Assembly: GCA_964291395.2 (NCBI GenBank)
Contig: OZ219856.1
Location: 1,376,001 to 1,440,000 of the forward strand
DNA length: 64,000 bases
DNA from: Alphaproteobacteria bacterium
GTDB taxonomy: Bacteria; Pseudomonadota; Alphaproteobacteria; UBA2966
Direction of reading: 5' to 3'
Position 1 is the stretch's first letter; the number at the start of each line of letters is the position of its first letter. The position numbers and the translations under genes were made by a program. The notes beneath the pieces were generated by a model. The model saw only the letters and a program-made list of their open reading frames with translations, was not told where the DNA came from and did not search any database. Below, in pieces: positions 30,478-42,339 of the stretch.

Positions 30478-31260
30478 ATGACAGGTGCGCCTCGCCCGCT
30501 CGTCGCAGGCAACTGGAAAATGAACGGCATCAGGGCCGAAGCCGTCGGACTCGCGGGTTCGCTGGTTGATCTTGCAGGGGCGGAGAACGGGCTCCCTTGC
30601 GACATCCTCGTGTGCCCGCCAGCGCATTTGCTTTTCCCGGTTCTCGACGTCATCGCCGGCTCGCAAATCGCATTGGGCGGCCAGGATTGTCACGCGCGAC
30701 CGGACGGTGCCCACACGGGCGACATCAGCGCCGGAATGCTCAAGGACGCCGGTTGCACCTACGTGATCGTCGGTCATTCGGAGAGAAGGGCCGACCACGG
30801 GGAAACGGATTCCGTCGTGTGCGAGAAGGCTGCCGCGGCGCACCGTGCCGGCTTGGTTCCCATCGTATGCGTCGGTGAAACGGAAGCGCAGCGAAGTGCG
30901 GGACAGGCGCTTCGAACGGTCGAAAACCAACTCGGTAGTTCGGTTCCGGACGGTGCCGGCGCATCGAATACGGTCGTCGCCTACGAACCCGTATGGGCAA
31001 TTGGGACCGGCCGGACGCCAACGCTGCAGGAAATTCGCGACGTTCACGGCGTGATGCGGAGCCTGCTCGTAGAGAGGTTTGGTCCGGAGTCGGCGACGCT
31101 GCGCCTTCTGTACGGAGGTTCCGTGAATCCCGGCAACGCGGGAGAGATCATGTCGGTCGAGAACGTCGACGGGGGCTTGGTCGGCGGCGCGAGCCTGGAG
31201 GCGGAGACGTTCTGGCCCATCGTCCGGGCGTTCGGCCATGGCGGCTCGGGTTGGGCTTGA
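30478..31260 (+). CDS. tpiA: triosephosphate isomerase
   Basis: AGNWKMN, GHSERR, AYEPVWAIGTG, YGGSV, LVGGASL. Confidence 0.98.
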   Translation: MTGAPRPLVAGNWKMNGIRAEAVGLAGSLVDLAGAENGLPCDILVCPPAHLLFPVLDVIAGSQIALGGQDCHARPDGAHTGDISAGMLKDAGCTYVIVGHSERRADHGETDSVVCEKAAAAHRAGLVPIVCVGETEAQRSAGQALRTVENQLGSSVPDGAGASNTVVAYEPVWAIGTGRTPTLQEIRDVHGVMRSLLVERFGPESATLRLLYGGSVNPGNAGEIMSVENVDGGLVGGASLEAETFWPIVRAFGHGGSGWA

Positions 31261-31293
31261 ACCGCCATGAAGGCCGGAATGCGGCCGGTCGGG
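31234..31293 (+). repeat. double-hairpin repeat, copy 4 left part
   Basis: GGCCATGGCGGCTCGGG-TTGGG-CTTGAACCGCCATGAAGGCCG; contains the tpiA TGA (31258-31260). Confidence 0.8.
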
Positions 31294-31440
31294 TAGAGGA
31301 GGAGTGTCGGACGGACGGTAGATGTGAGGTCTGATACCTATCCCTCCGGCACCGCTTCCCCTGTGTTTCGCCAACTCGGCCATACGTGCCTCCTATTCGG
31401 TTCCAGTATTTTACACGAACCACGCGGTGTGTGCGAATAA

Positions 31441-31468
31441 AATCACCAATTCAGTAATTTTGGTGATT
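31441..31468. promoter_or_regulatory. operator-like inverted repeat
   Basis: AATCACCAA-N10-TTGGTGATT, perfect 9 bp arms in an AT-rich patch. Confidence 0.55.
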
Positions 31469-31510
31469 CAGGCGAACGGTAAGCCCGAGGATGCCATGGA
31501 CGCGGAGAAA

Positions 31511-31564
31511 CGCCCGCCTGAGCAATAAGGAATTCCGAAGCGGTTCCAGTCAAACCGGAACCGC
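31511..31564 (+). repeat. double-hairpin repeat, copy 4 right part
   Basis: CGCCCGCCTGAGCAATAAGGAATTCCGAAGCGGTTCCAG-TCAAA-CCGGAACCGC. Confidence 0.85.
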
Positions 31565-31616
31565 GCCGGTGGGGAGGATGATTGCTTCGGCACGCCGCTT
31601 CGTCTAGGAATGCGCC

Positions 31617-31946
31617 ATGATCACGGTAATCCTTGTGGCCCACATCCTGCTGGCGCTGGCGCTGGTGGGAGTTATCCTTTTGCAGCGCAGCGAGGGCGGT
31701 GCGCTCGGGATCGGAGGCGGCGGGGGTGGGGGCGGCAGCATGATGTCGAGCCGGAGCGCGGCCAATCTGCTGACCCGGGCCACGGCCATCCTCGCGACTT
31801 GTTTCATCGCAACGAGCATCATGCTGGCCATCCTTTCGGGCGGGGTCCAAGGACCGTCATCGGTGATCGAGACCGAACCCCGGGCGCCGGCATCGGGAGC
31901 ACCGTCGCAGGAGCCGGGCGGGCCTTCCGTCCCCCTGTCGCGGTAA
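31617..31946 (+). CDS. secG: preprotein translocase subunit SecG
   Basis: Two TM helices, [22 protein letters not shown]. Confidence 0.96.
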   Translation: MITVILVAHILLALALVGVILLQRSEGGALGIGGGGGGGGSMMSSRSAANLLTRATAILATCFIATSIMLAILSGGVQGPSSVIETEPRAPASGAPSQEPGGPSVPLSR

Positions 31947-32028
31947 ACGCCGATCACGTGAGGCCAATTCGCCATATCGCCCTGCTTTCGCTTGGGGGCG
32001 CGGCGTCTCTCTTGTATGTTTGCGGTCC

Positions 32029-33657
32029 ATGACGCGGTACATCTTTATTACCGGCGGCGTCGTCTCCTCCCTCGGAAAAGGTCTCGCTTCTGCAGCGCTC
32101 GGCGCGGTGCTGCAGGCACGTGGATTCAAGGTGCGCCTGCGCAAGCTGGATCCCTATCTCAACGTCGATCCGGGAACGATGAACCCCTACCAGCACGGCG
32201 AAGTGTACGTTACCGATGACGGGGCGGAGACGGACCTCGATCTCGGCCATTACGAGCGTTTTACCGGCGTCTCGGCGCGGCAGAGCGACAACGTGACGTC
32301 GGGGCGTCTCTATCAGCGCATCATCGGGAGAGAGAGGAAGGGTGACTATTTGGGGGCGACCGTCCAGGTCATTCCTCACGTGACAGACGCGATCAAGGAA
32401 TTTATCACTGCCGATGTGGAGGATCGAGATTTCGTGCTGTGCGAGATCGGGGGCACGGTAGGCGATATCGAGGGATTGCCGTTTTTCGAGGCGATCAGAC
32501 AGCTCGGCAACGAACTCGGCCGCGACCGGGCGCTTTTCGTCCATCTGACCCTTCTTCCCTACATTCCGTCAGCGGGTGAGTTGAAGACGAAACCCACGCA
32601 GCACTCGGTAAAGGAACTGCGGGGGATCGGAATTCAGCCCGACATACTTCTGTGCCGGTGCGATCGGGAAATTCCGGCGAACGAACGGCGTAAGATCGCT
32701 CTGTTCTGCAACGTTCGAGACGAAGCCGTGATCCCGGCGCTCGACGTGGAATCGATCTATGAAGTCCCGCTCCGCTACCACCAGGCCGGCCTGGACCGTC
32801 AAATCCTGCAGGCCTTTGGAATATCCGGAGTGCCTGAGCCCGACCTCGGCGTCTGGGAAGACATCACGGCCCGGCTTATGGCTCCCGAAGGCGAAGTCAA
32901 GATCGCCGTGGTGGGTAAGTACACGGGCCTCAAGGACGCCTACAAATCGCTCGATGAAGCGTTGGTTCACGGTGGCATAGCCAACAAGGTCCAGGTCGAT
33001 ATCGAATGGATCGAGTCCGAGACGTTCGAGCGGGACGGCAGGCTCCATTATCTGGAGGGAGTCAACGGGATCCTGGTGCCGGGCGGCTTCGGTGAGCGCG
33101 GCATCGAAGGAAAGATCGCGGCCGCCAGGATCGCCCGAGAACGCCGGATCCCCTATTTCGGAATCTGTCTCGGCATGCAGATGGCCGTGATCGAGACGGC
33201 CCGCAACATGGCCGATTTGCCGGGTTCGGGGTCCACCGAATTCGGTGAATGCGAGGACGCGGTCGTCGGCCTTATGACGGAGTGGGAGAGGGAAGGGCGG
33301 AAGGAGTATCGCGACGAAACCAGCGACGCTGGCGGTACGATGCGACTCGGCGCCTATGATTGCGTCATCAGTCCGACGAGCAAAGTTTTCGGGATCTACG
33401 GACAGGAACGGATCAGGGAGCGCCATCGCCATCGCTATGAGATCAATCTCGCCTACGAGAATGTTCTGGCGAAATCAGGCGTCATATTCCCAGGCAAATC
33501 GCCGGACGGACTTCTTCCTGAAATCTTGGAGGTTCCGGATCACCCGTGGTTTATCGGGGTCCAGTTCCATCCGGAGTTGAAGTCCAAGCCGTTCGATCCC
33601 CACCCGTTATTCGCGTCATTCATCGAGGCCGCAGTCGCGCAGTCGAGGCTCGTGTGA
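32029..33657 (+). CDS. pyrG: CTP synthase
   Basis: [40 protein letters not shown]. Confidence 0.98.
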   Translation: MTRYIFITGGVVSSLGKGLASAALGAVLQARGFKVRLRKLDPYLNVDPGTMNPYQHGEVYVTDDGAETDLDLGHYERFTGVSARQSDNVTSGRLYQRIIGRERKGDYLGATVQVIPHVTDAIKEFITADVEDRDFVLCEIGGTVGDIEGLPFFEAIRQLGNELGRDRALFVHLTLLPYIPSAGELKTKPTQHSVKELRGIGIQPDILLCRCDREIPANERRKIALFCNVRDEAVIPALDVESIYEVPLRYHQAGLDRQILQAFGISGVPEPDLGVWEDITARLMAPEGEVKIAVVGKYTGLKDAYKSLDEALVHGGIANKVQVDIEWIESETFERDGRLHYLEGVNGILVPGGFGERGIEGKIAAARIARERRIPYFGICLGMQMAVIETARNMADLPGSGSTEFGECEDAVVGLMTEWEREGRKEYRDETSDAGGTMRLGAYDCVISPTSKVFGIYGQERIRERHRHRYEINLAYENVLAKSGVIFPGKSPDGLLPEILEVPDHPWFIGVQFHPELKSKPFDPHPLFASFIEAAVAQSRLV

Positions 33658-34493
33658 TGGCGGAGGGCACTCGTCATGTGGCGGTCAAGGAGCTGACTCT
33701 CGGCAACGACCTGCCTCTCACATTGATCGCCGGTCCCTGCGCCATGGAGAGCCGGCAGCACGCGCTGGATATTTCGGGAGAACTCGCCGAAATCTCGGAG
33801 AGATTGGGCATCGGCCTCGTCTACAAGACCTCCTTCGACAAGGCCAACCGAACAAGCGCCGCGAGTCCGCGGGGAATCGGACTGGAAGGGGCGCTCCCCG
33901 TATTCGCCGAAATCCGAGAAGCGGTCGGCTGTCCTGTCCTGACGGATGTTCACGGCGAGGCGCAGTGCGACGAGCTTAGCGAGGTTGTCGATGTCCTCCA
34001 AATTCCCGCGTTTCTGTGTCGGCAGACGGATTTGCTGCTCGCCGCTGCGCGGACCGGGTGCGCTGTCAATATCAAGAAGGGACAGTTTCTCGCGCCTTGG
34101 GACATGAGGAACGTTGCCGAGAAGATCAGCGGTGCGGGGAACGACCGAATCCTTCTTACGGAGCGGGGTGCCAGTTTTGGATACAACACGCTGGTCAGCG
34201 ACATGCGGTCGCTCCCCATCCTCGCGCGGACCGGCTATCCAGTCGTTTTCGATGCGACTCATTCGGTGCAGCAGCCCGGCGGGTTGGGAACACGCAGCGG
34301 CGGAGACCGGGAATTCGTTCCGGTCTTGGCCCGCGCGGCGGTCGCGGTTGGAGTTTCCGCCGTATTCATGGAAACGCACGAGGACCCCGACAATGCCCCT
34401 TCCGATGGCCCCAATATGGTGCGCCTTTCGGAGATCGAGTCGATCGTGAGCCGTCTCATGGAATTCGACCGACTCGCCAAGAGATCGAACTGA
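33657..34493 (+). CDS. kdsA: KDO 8-phosphate synthase (metal-dependent type, AGPC)
   Basis: [39 protein letters not shown]. Confidence 0.97.
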   Translation: MAEGTRHVAVKELTLGNDLPLTLIAGPCAMESRQHALDISGELAEISERLGIGLVYKTSFDKANRTSAASPRGIGLEGALPVFAEIREAVGCPVLTDVHGEAQCDELSEVVDVLQIPAFLCRQTDLLLAAARTGCAVNIKKGQFLAPWDMRNVAEKISGAGNDRILLTERGASFGYNTLVSDMRSLPILARTGYPVVFDATHSVQQPGGLGTRSGGDREFVPVLARAAVAVGVSAVFMETHEDPDNAPSDGPNMVRLSEIESIVSRLMEFDRLAKRSN

Positions 34494-34501
34494 CGCCTTG
34501 A

Positions 34502-35863
<1,362 letters not shown>

Positions 35864-35889
35864 CGGGCACGGTCGCACAGGACACATGA

Positions 35890-35976
35890 GATTCGTGATT
35901 CTGGATATCAATCCCTCCCGCTAAGTCACAGACTCTTAAAGAATTTTCTTGACATAGAAGAATCGCCTGTGATTCG
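35890..35976 (+). promoter_or_regulatory. ftsB promoter region with five GANTC sites
   Basis: GATTC 35890, GATTC 35897, GACTC 35931, GAATC 35960, GATTC 35971; TTGACA at 35949-35954. Confidence 0.65.
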
Positions 35977-35984
35977 GTGGTACC

Positions 35985-36296
35985 ATGACCGCCACGCGCG
36001 AACTGTCCCGGCGGCTTCGCCATTGCATGCTGCCGTTGCTGTGCGTCGCGACCATCGCCTACATCGGGTATCACGCCGTTCAAGGTGATCGCGGCCTCGC
36101 GGCTTGGCGCCAGTTGAGTCAGCGAATCGATCGGGTAGAGGCGGAATTGCACGCCGCGCGGGTGGCGCGAGAGCGGCTGGAGCACCGGGTCTCTCTGTTG
36201 CGCCCCGATGGATTGGACCGCGATATGCTCGATGAGCGCGCCCGTCTCGTCCTGGGTCTCGCGCATCCCGACGAGATCATTTACTTGACGCGCTGA
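35985..36296 (+). CDS. ftsB: septum formation initiator FtsB/DivIC
   Basis: TM, GDRGL, coiled coil, LDRDMLDERARLVLG; follows eno. Confidence 0.92.
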   Translation: MTATRELSRRLRHCMLPLLCVATIAYIGYHAVQGDRGLAAWRQLSQRIDRVEAELHAARVARERLEHRVSLLRPDGLDRDMLDERARLVLGLAHPDEIIYLTR

Positions 36297-36583
36297 GAGT
36301 GCCAACCGGCCGACGGGAGCGGTTCAGTTCCCTCCTGCGTAGGCGGCCGCTCGTCACGAACGAAGGACGTTTCTCCGTGCCGGGGATCGGATTTTTGATC
36401 AGTTCGCGGGACGTTAGGGAAAATTGTCCGACTCACGAACAGTTGTTCCGCAGCGAACCACGCTCGCGGTATCATCCCGCTGTGGATATCCCGAGTCGAT
36501 GGTACCTCCGAGGGCGCGGCGGTTCGCAGTGTCGAGCGCCCGGCCGGCGGCACACTTCGGGACGGCTTGGTTGAGGGGAGACC

Positions 36584-37648
36584 ATGGCGCAGAGGCGCTT
36601 GAAGAATGGCGACGCCGGAGCGGGAACCGCGAACGGGGCGCGCGCCAAGCGAACTGGCAGTTCTGGCCGCTCCAAGAAGTCACCCGCAATCTCCGGAGAA
36701 CTGCTCGACTACTACCGCCAGATGCTTCTGATCCGGCGTTTCGAGGAACGTGCGGGTCAGTTATATGGCATGGGCCTGATTGGCGGGTTTTGCCATCTCT
36801 ACATCGGTCAAGAGGCGGTCGTGGTGGGCCTTCAGGCGGCCATCACGGCGGATGACTGCGTCATTACCGGATATCGTGACCATGGTCATATGCTGGCCTG
36901 CGGCATGGATCCGAGGGGCGTCATGGCGGAACTGACCGGGCGGAGCGGCGGTTACTCGAAAGGCAAGGGCGGATCCATGCACATGTTTTCCCGCGAGAAG
37001 AATTTCTATGGCGGGCACGGCATCGTTGGGGCCTGGGTCCCCTTGGGCACGGGTCTGGCGTTCGCGGAGAAGTACAACGGTACGAACAACGTCGTCATAA
37101 CCTACTTCGGGGATGGGGCCGCGAACCAAGGTCAGGTATACGAATCGTTCAACATGGCCGAACTCTGGAGTCTGCCTGTCGTGTTCGTGGTGGAGAACAA
37201 CCAGTACGCGATGGGAACGTCGGTAACGCGATCTTCCGCGCAAACGGAACTGTACCGTCGCGGTGAAAGCTTCACCATCCCGGGCGAGCAAGTGGATGGT
37301 ATGGATGTGCTGGCGGTCAAGGAGGCCGGCGACTGGGCCGTCAAGCATTGCCGGGACGGTAACGGACCGATTCTTCTCGAGATGAAGACATACCGGTATC
37401 GGGGCCATTCGATGTCCGACCCGGCGAAGTACAGATCTCGCGAGGAAGTGCGGAGGGTTCGGGAAGAGCGAGACCCCATCGATCACGCCCGAGCTTTCAT
37501 ATTGGAGGCGAGGTTGGCGGACGAGGACGCTTTGAAGGAAATCGACCGGGAGGTCAGGGAAGTGGTGGCGGAAGCCGCGGCGTTCGCGCAAGAAAGCCCG
37601 GAGCCTGGTCCCTCGGAACTCCATACCGACGTCTTGATCGAAGTCTGA
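36584..37648 (+). CDS. pdhA: pyruvate dehydrogenase E1 alpha
   Basis: GFCHLYIGQEA, GKGGSMH, FGDGAANQGQ, YRYRGHSMSDP. Confidence 0.98.
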   Translation: MAQRRLKNGDAGAGTANGARAKRTGSSGRSKKSPAISGELLDYYRQMLLIRRFEERAGQLYGMGLIGGFCHLYIGQEAVVVGLQAAITADDCVITGYRDHGHMLACGMDPRGVMAELTGRSGGYSKGKGGSMHMFSREKNFYGGHGIVGAWVPLGTGLAFAEKYNGTNNVVITYFGDGAANQGQVYESFNMAELWSLPVVFVVENNQYAMGTSVTRSSAQTELYRRGESFTIPGEQVDGMDVLAVKEAGDWAVKHCRDGNGPILLEMKTYRYRGHSMSDPAKYRSREEVRRVREERDPIDHARAFILEARLADEDALKEIDREVREVVAEAAAFAQESPEPGPSELHTDVLIEV

Positions 37649-37917
37649 GCGGGGCTCGTATTGGCCGGATAAGCAGTCCGATGGGCATGGCGGTGTGCTC
37701 AAATACGATATCCGCGCGCACCTTCTTCCCAGCCTGCGTTCACCTCTTCACAGCGCCCTCTCTTTCGGTAGAGCACACAGCGACCACCTCCCGATCCAGA
37801 CCGTGCTCAGCCTGCGGGTTGGGGACCGTCGGCCCCAGCCGCCTGGACCCCGACCGGTAGTTCCGACCGTGTCCCGTGATAGTTGGATCGAGCCGATTTA
37901 ATGTCGTAACATTTATC

Positions 37918-38157
37918 ATGCCGATCGAGTTTGACGCGGCGAAGCGCGCGGCCACCTTCTAGGCTAGAGGACTGGACATGGACCAGGTCGGGAAGGTGTT
38001 CGTGGGCGCCGCGCCGACTGTCGAGGGCGACCAGCGGGACTATGGCGAGGACCGCTTCATCACCATCGGGTTCCGCGACACCGGAACGGTGGTTATGCTC
38101 CGGACTCCGCGCGACCACGCGCTTCGCGAGTGGATCGGAAAGTACGGCGCCGCGTAA
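37918..38157 (+). pseudogene. decayed BrnT-family toxin gene
   Basis: Manual translation MPIEFDAAKRAATF*ARGLDMDQVGKVFVGAAPTVEGDQRDYGEDRFITIGFRDTGTVVMLRTPRDHALREWIGKYGAA; in-frame TAG at 37960; RIIS.RKA motif missing; no brnA seen downstream. Confidence 0.8.
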
Positions 38158-38295
38158 TCTTCGTGTGCGGGCGAAGAAGTTCGACATTGTTCCGCTCCGC
38201 CTCCTGTGCGATGGCGTATCCTGGGGGAGCCGGCGATTTGGTGCGCGGCGTCGTGGCAAACCACAACGGCGCGGCCGGGGGCCGGGGAAGCAGCT

Positions 38296-39675
38296 ATGCC
38301 TACTGAACTCCTGATGCCAGCCCTGTCGCCGACGATGACCGAAGGCACCCTTGCGCGATGGCTCGTCAGAGAAGGCGACTCGGTGACGTCGGGCGACGTT
38401 CTCGCCGAGATCGAAACCGACAAGGCGACGATGGAGCTCGAAGCCGTCGACGACGGCGCGATCGGTAAACTGCTGGTCCCGGAAGGAACCGATGGCGTTC
38501 AGGTCAACCAGCCGATCGCCATATTGCTGGCCGAAGGCGAGAGTGCAGGCGCGATCGATGTTCCCGCACCCGCCGCGACCGCGGCAAAAACTGGCGAGGC
38601 GTCCGCGCCAGCCGGAAGCTTCGGGACGGTGGGAGCCGTGCAACCCGAAGCGGCGCAGCCGCCGGATGTCGGCGTGCCCGCGGGCACGGAAACGGTTTCG
38701 CTCACCGTGCGCGAGGCGCTCCGCGACGCCATGGCGGAGGAGATGCGTCGGGATCCGAAGGTGTTCCTGATGGGCGAGGAGGTCGCCGAATACGAAGGTG
38801 CCTACAAGGTCAGTCAGGGACTGCTCGACGAATTCGGCCCACGGCGCGTGATCGATACGCCCATCACGGAGCAGGGATTTGCCGGAATTGGCGTCGGGGC
38901 GGCGTTCAACGGCCTGCGCCCCATCGTCGAATTCATGACCTTCAATTTCGCAATGCAGGCCATTGATCAGATCGTGAATTCCGCTGCCAAGACCCTGTAC
39001 ATGTCGGGCGGTCAGATGACCTGTGCCATCGTGTTCCGCGGCCCAAACGGCGCCGCTTCACGCGTCGCGGCCCAGCACAGCCAGGATTATGCTTCCTGGT
39101 ACTCGAATGTACCGGGCCTCAAGGTCGTAGCGCCGTGTTTCGCGACCGATGCCAAGGGGTTGTTGAAGGCCGCCATTCGCGACCCCAACCCCGTCGTGTT
39201 TCTCGAGAATGAGCTTCTCTACGGGCACGAGGGAGACGTACCGGTTCTCGACGATTTCGTCGTTCCCATCGGTCGGGCCAACGTGGTTCGCGGCGGTGCG
39301 GACGTCACGATCGTGAGTTATTCGATCGGCGTGGAGAAGTCCTTGCAGGCCGCGGCGACACTTGAGGCGGAAGGAATCGATGCGGAAGTCATCGATCTGC
39401 GAACGCTGCGTCCCATGGACACCGAAACCATCGTCGATTCCGTCAAAAGAACCAATCGGTTGGTGACCGTCGAGGAGGCCTGGGGAACCTGCGGGATTGG
39501 CGCCGAGATTGCCGCCCGCATGATGGAACAGGCGTTCGACTGGCTCGACGCGCCCGTGGTGCGTGTCAGCGGCAAGGACGTGCCGATGCCGTACGCCGCC
39601 AATCTCGAGCGGCTTGCTTTGCCACAGGCGGCCGACATCGCGGAAGCCGCCAAATCCGCGTGCTATAGGTCCTGA
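38296..39675 (+). CDS. pdhB: pyruvate dehydrogenase E1 beta with N-terminal lipoyl domain
   Basis: MPALSPTM...ETDKA lipoyl domain; [15 protein letters not shown]. Confidence 0.97.
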   Translation: MPTELLMPALSPTMTEGTLARWLVREGDSVTSGDVLAEIETDKATMELEAVDDGAIGKLLVPEGTDGVQVNQPIAILLAEGESAGAIDVPAPAATAAKTGEASAPAGSFGTVGAVQPEAAQPPDVGVPAGTETVSLTVREALRDAMAEEMRRDPKVFLMGEEVAEYEGAYKVSQGLLDEFGPRRVIDTPITEQGFAGIGVGAAFNGLRPIVEFMTFNFAMQAIDQIVNSAAKTLYMSGGQMTCAIVFRGPNGAASRVAAQHSQDYASWYSNVPGLKVVAPCFATDAKGLLKAAIRDPNPVVFLENELLYGHEGDVPVLDDFVVPIGRANVVRGGADVTIVSYSIGVEKSLQAAATLEAEGIDAEVIDLRTLRPMDTETIVDSVKRTNRLVTVEEAWGTCGIGAEIAARMMEQAFDWLDAPVVRVSGKDVPMPYAANLERLALPQAADIAEAAKSACYRS

Positions 39676-39684
39676 GGAGCCAGA

Positions 39685-40908
39685 ATGCCGACGACCATTA
39701 CCATGCCGGCCCTGTCGCCAACTATGACGGAGGGGACGCTCGCCCGCTGGCTCATCAAAGAAGGTGACAGCGTGTCGGCTGGTGATGTCATCGCCGAGAT
39801 CGAGACGGACAAGGCGGCCATGGAGATCGAGGCCGTCGACGAGGGTTCCGTGGGACGGCTTCTCGTGATCGAAGGAACGGAAGGCGTCTCGGTGAACCAG
39901 CCGATCGCGGTGTTGCTCGAAGATGGGGAGGATGCCTCGGCGCTCGACGGATTTCTGCCGGCGGACGGGGCGCCGGCACCCACCTCCCAGGCGAGCCCCC
40001 CGGAAGGATCCCCGGCTCCGGCAACCGACAGAGCTTTTGTCAGTCCGTTGGCGCGCCGGATGGCAGAAAAGGCGGGACTCGACCTAGCGGTAATCGAGGG
40101 AACCGGTCCCCGCGGCAGGATCGTGAAGTCCGATATCGAGGCGGCGCTCTCGGCGGGAGCGACCCGGGCCGCGCCGGTGCCTCGAGTTGCCGCTTCTCCA
40201 GCGGCTCCGCCGCCGCCCGCCGGCGGGAGCGAGGTCGTCCCGCACACCAACATGCGGAAGGTGATCGCCCATAGGCTCTTGGAGTCGAAGCAGACGATTC
40301 CCCACTTCTATCTCACGATCGACTGCGAGATTGATCGCCTGTTGGCCATGCGGAGGGAACTCAACGACCGTGACGACGCCGATTACAAGATTTCGGTGAA
40401 CGACTTCGTCATTCGAGCCTCGGCCCTGGCGCTGCGCAAGACCCCGGAGGCCAACGCGAGCTGGTCCGATGAGGGTATGATCCGATACGGCTCCGTGGAC
40501 GTTTCCGTCGCCGTAGCGGTCGACGCGGGTTTGATCACGCCCGTCATCCGGAACGCCGACCAGAAAGGCTTGGCGGAAATTTCGGTTGAGATGAAGGACC
40601 TCGCGGTCCGCGCGCGGAACGGCAAGTTGATGCCCGAGGAATACCAAGGCGGTACGTTCTCGATCTCGAACCTCGGCATGTTTGGCGTTCGGGAGTTCAG
40701 CGCGATCATCAATCCGCCTCAATCCGCAATTCTCGCCGTGGGCGCGGGCGGACAGCGTCCGGTAGTAAAGGAGGGAGCGCTGAATGTGGCGACCGTGATG
40801 AGCTGTACCCTTTCGTGCGATCATCGAGTGGTCGATGGCGCATTGGGAGCGCAATTGCTGGCCGTATTCAAGGGATTCATCGAGGATCCCGTGACGATGC
40901 TCCTGTAG
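39685..40908 (+). CDS. pdhC: pyruvate dehydrogenase E2 dihydrolipoamide acetyltransferase
   Basis: Lipoyl [19 protein letters not shown] binding domain, DHRVVDG. Confidence 0.97.
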   Translation: MPTTITMPALSPTMTEGTLARWLIKEGDSVSAGDVIAEIETDKAAMEIEAVDEGSVGRLLVIEGTEGVSVNQPIAVLLEDGEDASALDGFLPADGAPAPTSQASPPEGSPAPATDRAFVSPLARRMAEKAGLDLAVIEGTGPRGRIVKSDIEAALSAGATRAAPVPRVAASPAAPPPPAGGSEVVPHTNMRKVIAHRLLESKQTIPHFYLTIDCEIDRLLAMRRELNDRDDADYKISVNDFVIRASALALRKTPEANASWSDEGMIRYGSVDVSVAVAVDAGLITPVIRNADQKGLAEISVEMKDLAVRARNGKLMPEEYQGGTFSISNLGMFGVREFSAIINPPQSAILAVGAGGQRPVVKEGALNVATVMSCTLSCDHRVVDGALGAQLLAVFKGFIEDPVTMLL

Positions 40909-40929
40909 CGGGCCGCTCGCGGCAGCCGA

Positions 40930-42333
40930 ATGACCGGGAATACATACGACCTCGTCGTCGTGGGTGGTGGGCCGGGCGGCTACGTCGCTGCCATCAGGTC
41001 GGCGCAGCTGGGCATGAAAACGGCGGTCGTCGAGGCGGAACACCTCGGCGGCATCTGCCTCAACTGGGGTTGCATTCCGACCAAGGCGCTGTTGCGAGCC
41101 TCGGAGATCCGGCACTTGATGAGCCGCTTGGACGAATTCGGCTTGTCTGCCAAAGACATATCCGTAGATCTCAAGAAAATAGTAGAGCGCAGCCGCAACG
41201 TCGCCGGACAACTGGCTGGCGGCGTCGCGCACCTCATGAGAAAGAACGAGATCGATGTCATCAAGGGATGGGGACGCCTCGCTGGGCCGGGCAGGTTGGC
41301 GGTCTTACCGAAGGACGGGAAAACCCGGGAGATCTCGGCCCCGCACATCGTATTGGCCACCGGCGCTCGCGCGCGCGACCTTCCCGGGCTGGAAGCGGAC
41401 GGAAAACGGATCTGGACCTATCGGGAAGCCATGGTGCCCGACATTCTTCCAAAATCCCTGTTGGTCGTCGGATCAGGCGCCATCGGTATCGAGTTCGCCA
41501 GCTTTTTCAATGAGTTGGGTTCCGATGTCACGGTGGTCGAGGTTCTCGACCGCGTGCTTCCGGTCGAGGATGCGGAGATTTCCGAGCTCGCCCGTAAGTC
41601 GTTTGAAAGTCAGGGGATGACCATTCACACCGGCGCGGCCGTTACCGCCTTGGAGAGAACGAAGGGGACAGTGACGGCGAACGTCAGGCTCGGTGACGGC
41701 GGAGAGCAAGGCATCGAATGCGACCGGGTGATCATGGCGGTCGGCATCACGGGAAATGTCGAAGATCTGGGCCTTGAGGAGGCCGGGGTGAACGTTGACC
41801 GGGGCCACGTCGTCGTCAACGAGTGGTGCGAGACCGATGTTCCAGGGGTCTACGCGGTCGGCGACTTGGCCGGTCCGCCGTGGCTGGCCCACAAGGCGAG
41901 CCATGAGGGCGTGCTCTGCGTGGAGCGGATTGCCGGCATCGAGGGCGTGCATCCATTGGACACCACGAAAATACCGGGATGTACCTATTGCGCACCACAG
42001 GTCGCGAGCGTAGGGCTTACCGAGGCTGCGGCGATCGAGGCCGGACATCGGGTGCGCGTCGGCCGGTTTCCGTTCATTGGAAACGGGAAGGCGGTCGCGC
42101 TGGGTGAACCGGAAGGGCTGGTGAAGACCGTATTTGACGCGGACACGGGCGAATTACTCGGAGCGCACATGATCGGTGCCGAGGTGACCGAGCTCATTCA
42201 CGGTTTCACCGTGGCTCGCACCCTCGAATGCACCGAAGCGGATCTGGTCCATTCCGTGTTCCCGCACCCGACGCTTTCCGAAATGATGCACGAGTCCGTG
42301 CTTGACGCACTGGGCCGCGTCATCCACTTCTGA
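40930..42333 (+). CDS. lpdA: dihydrolipoyl dehydrogenase
   Basis: GGGPGG, GGICLNWGCIPTK, HPTLSE. Confidence 0.98.
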   Translation: MTGNTYDLVVVGGGPGGYVAAIRSAQLGMKTAVVEAEHLGGICLNWGCIPTKALLRASEIRHLMSRLDEFGLSAKDISVDLKKIVERSRNVAGQLAGGVAHLMRKNEIDVIKGWGRLAGPGRLAVLPKDGKTREISAPHIVLATGARARDLPGLEADGKRIWTYREAMVPDILPKSLLVVGSGAIGIEFASFFNELGSDVTVVEVLDRVLPVEDAEISELARKSFESQGMTIHTGAAVTALERTKGTVTANVRLGDGGEQGIECDRVIMAVGITGNVEDLGLEEAGVNVDRGHVVVNEWCETDVPGVYAVGDLAGPPWLAHKASHEGVLCVERIAGIEGVHPLDTTKIPGCTYCAPQVASVGLTEAAAIEAGHRVRVGRFPFIGNGKAVALGEPEGLVKTVFDADTGELLGAHMIGAEVTELIHGFTVARTLECTEADLVHSVFPHPTLSEMMHESVLDALGRVIHF

Positions 42334-42339
42334 GCGAGC

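Noticed and set aside
16151-31564. CRISPR array interpretation of the hairpin repeats
   Set aside because: Copies are kilobases apart, degenerate, lack regular spacers, and there are no cas genes.
37649-37895. Coding remnant upstream of the brnT relic
   Set aside because: I could not recognise a protein family in any frame; left unassigned.
38179-38192. GTTC-N6-GTTC upstream of pdhB, and GAAC-N8-GAAC near 46885-46900, as SOS boxes
   Set aside because: The spacer is not the required 7 bp.
38296-39925. DNA-level similarity between the 5' ends of pdhB and pdhC
   Set aside because: Explained by the lipoyl domain on both proteins, a known alphaproteobacterial feature.
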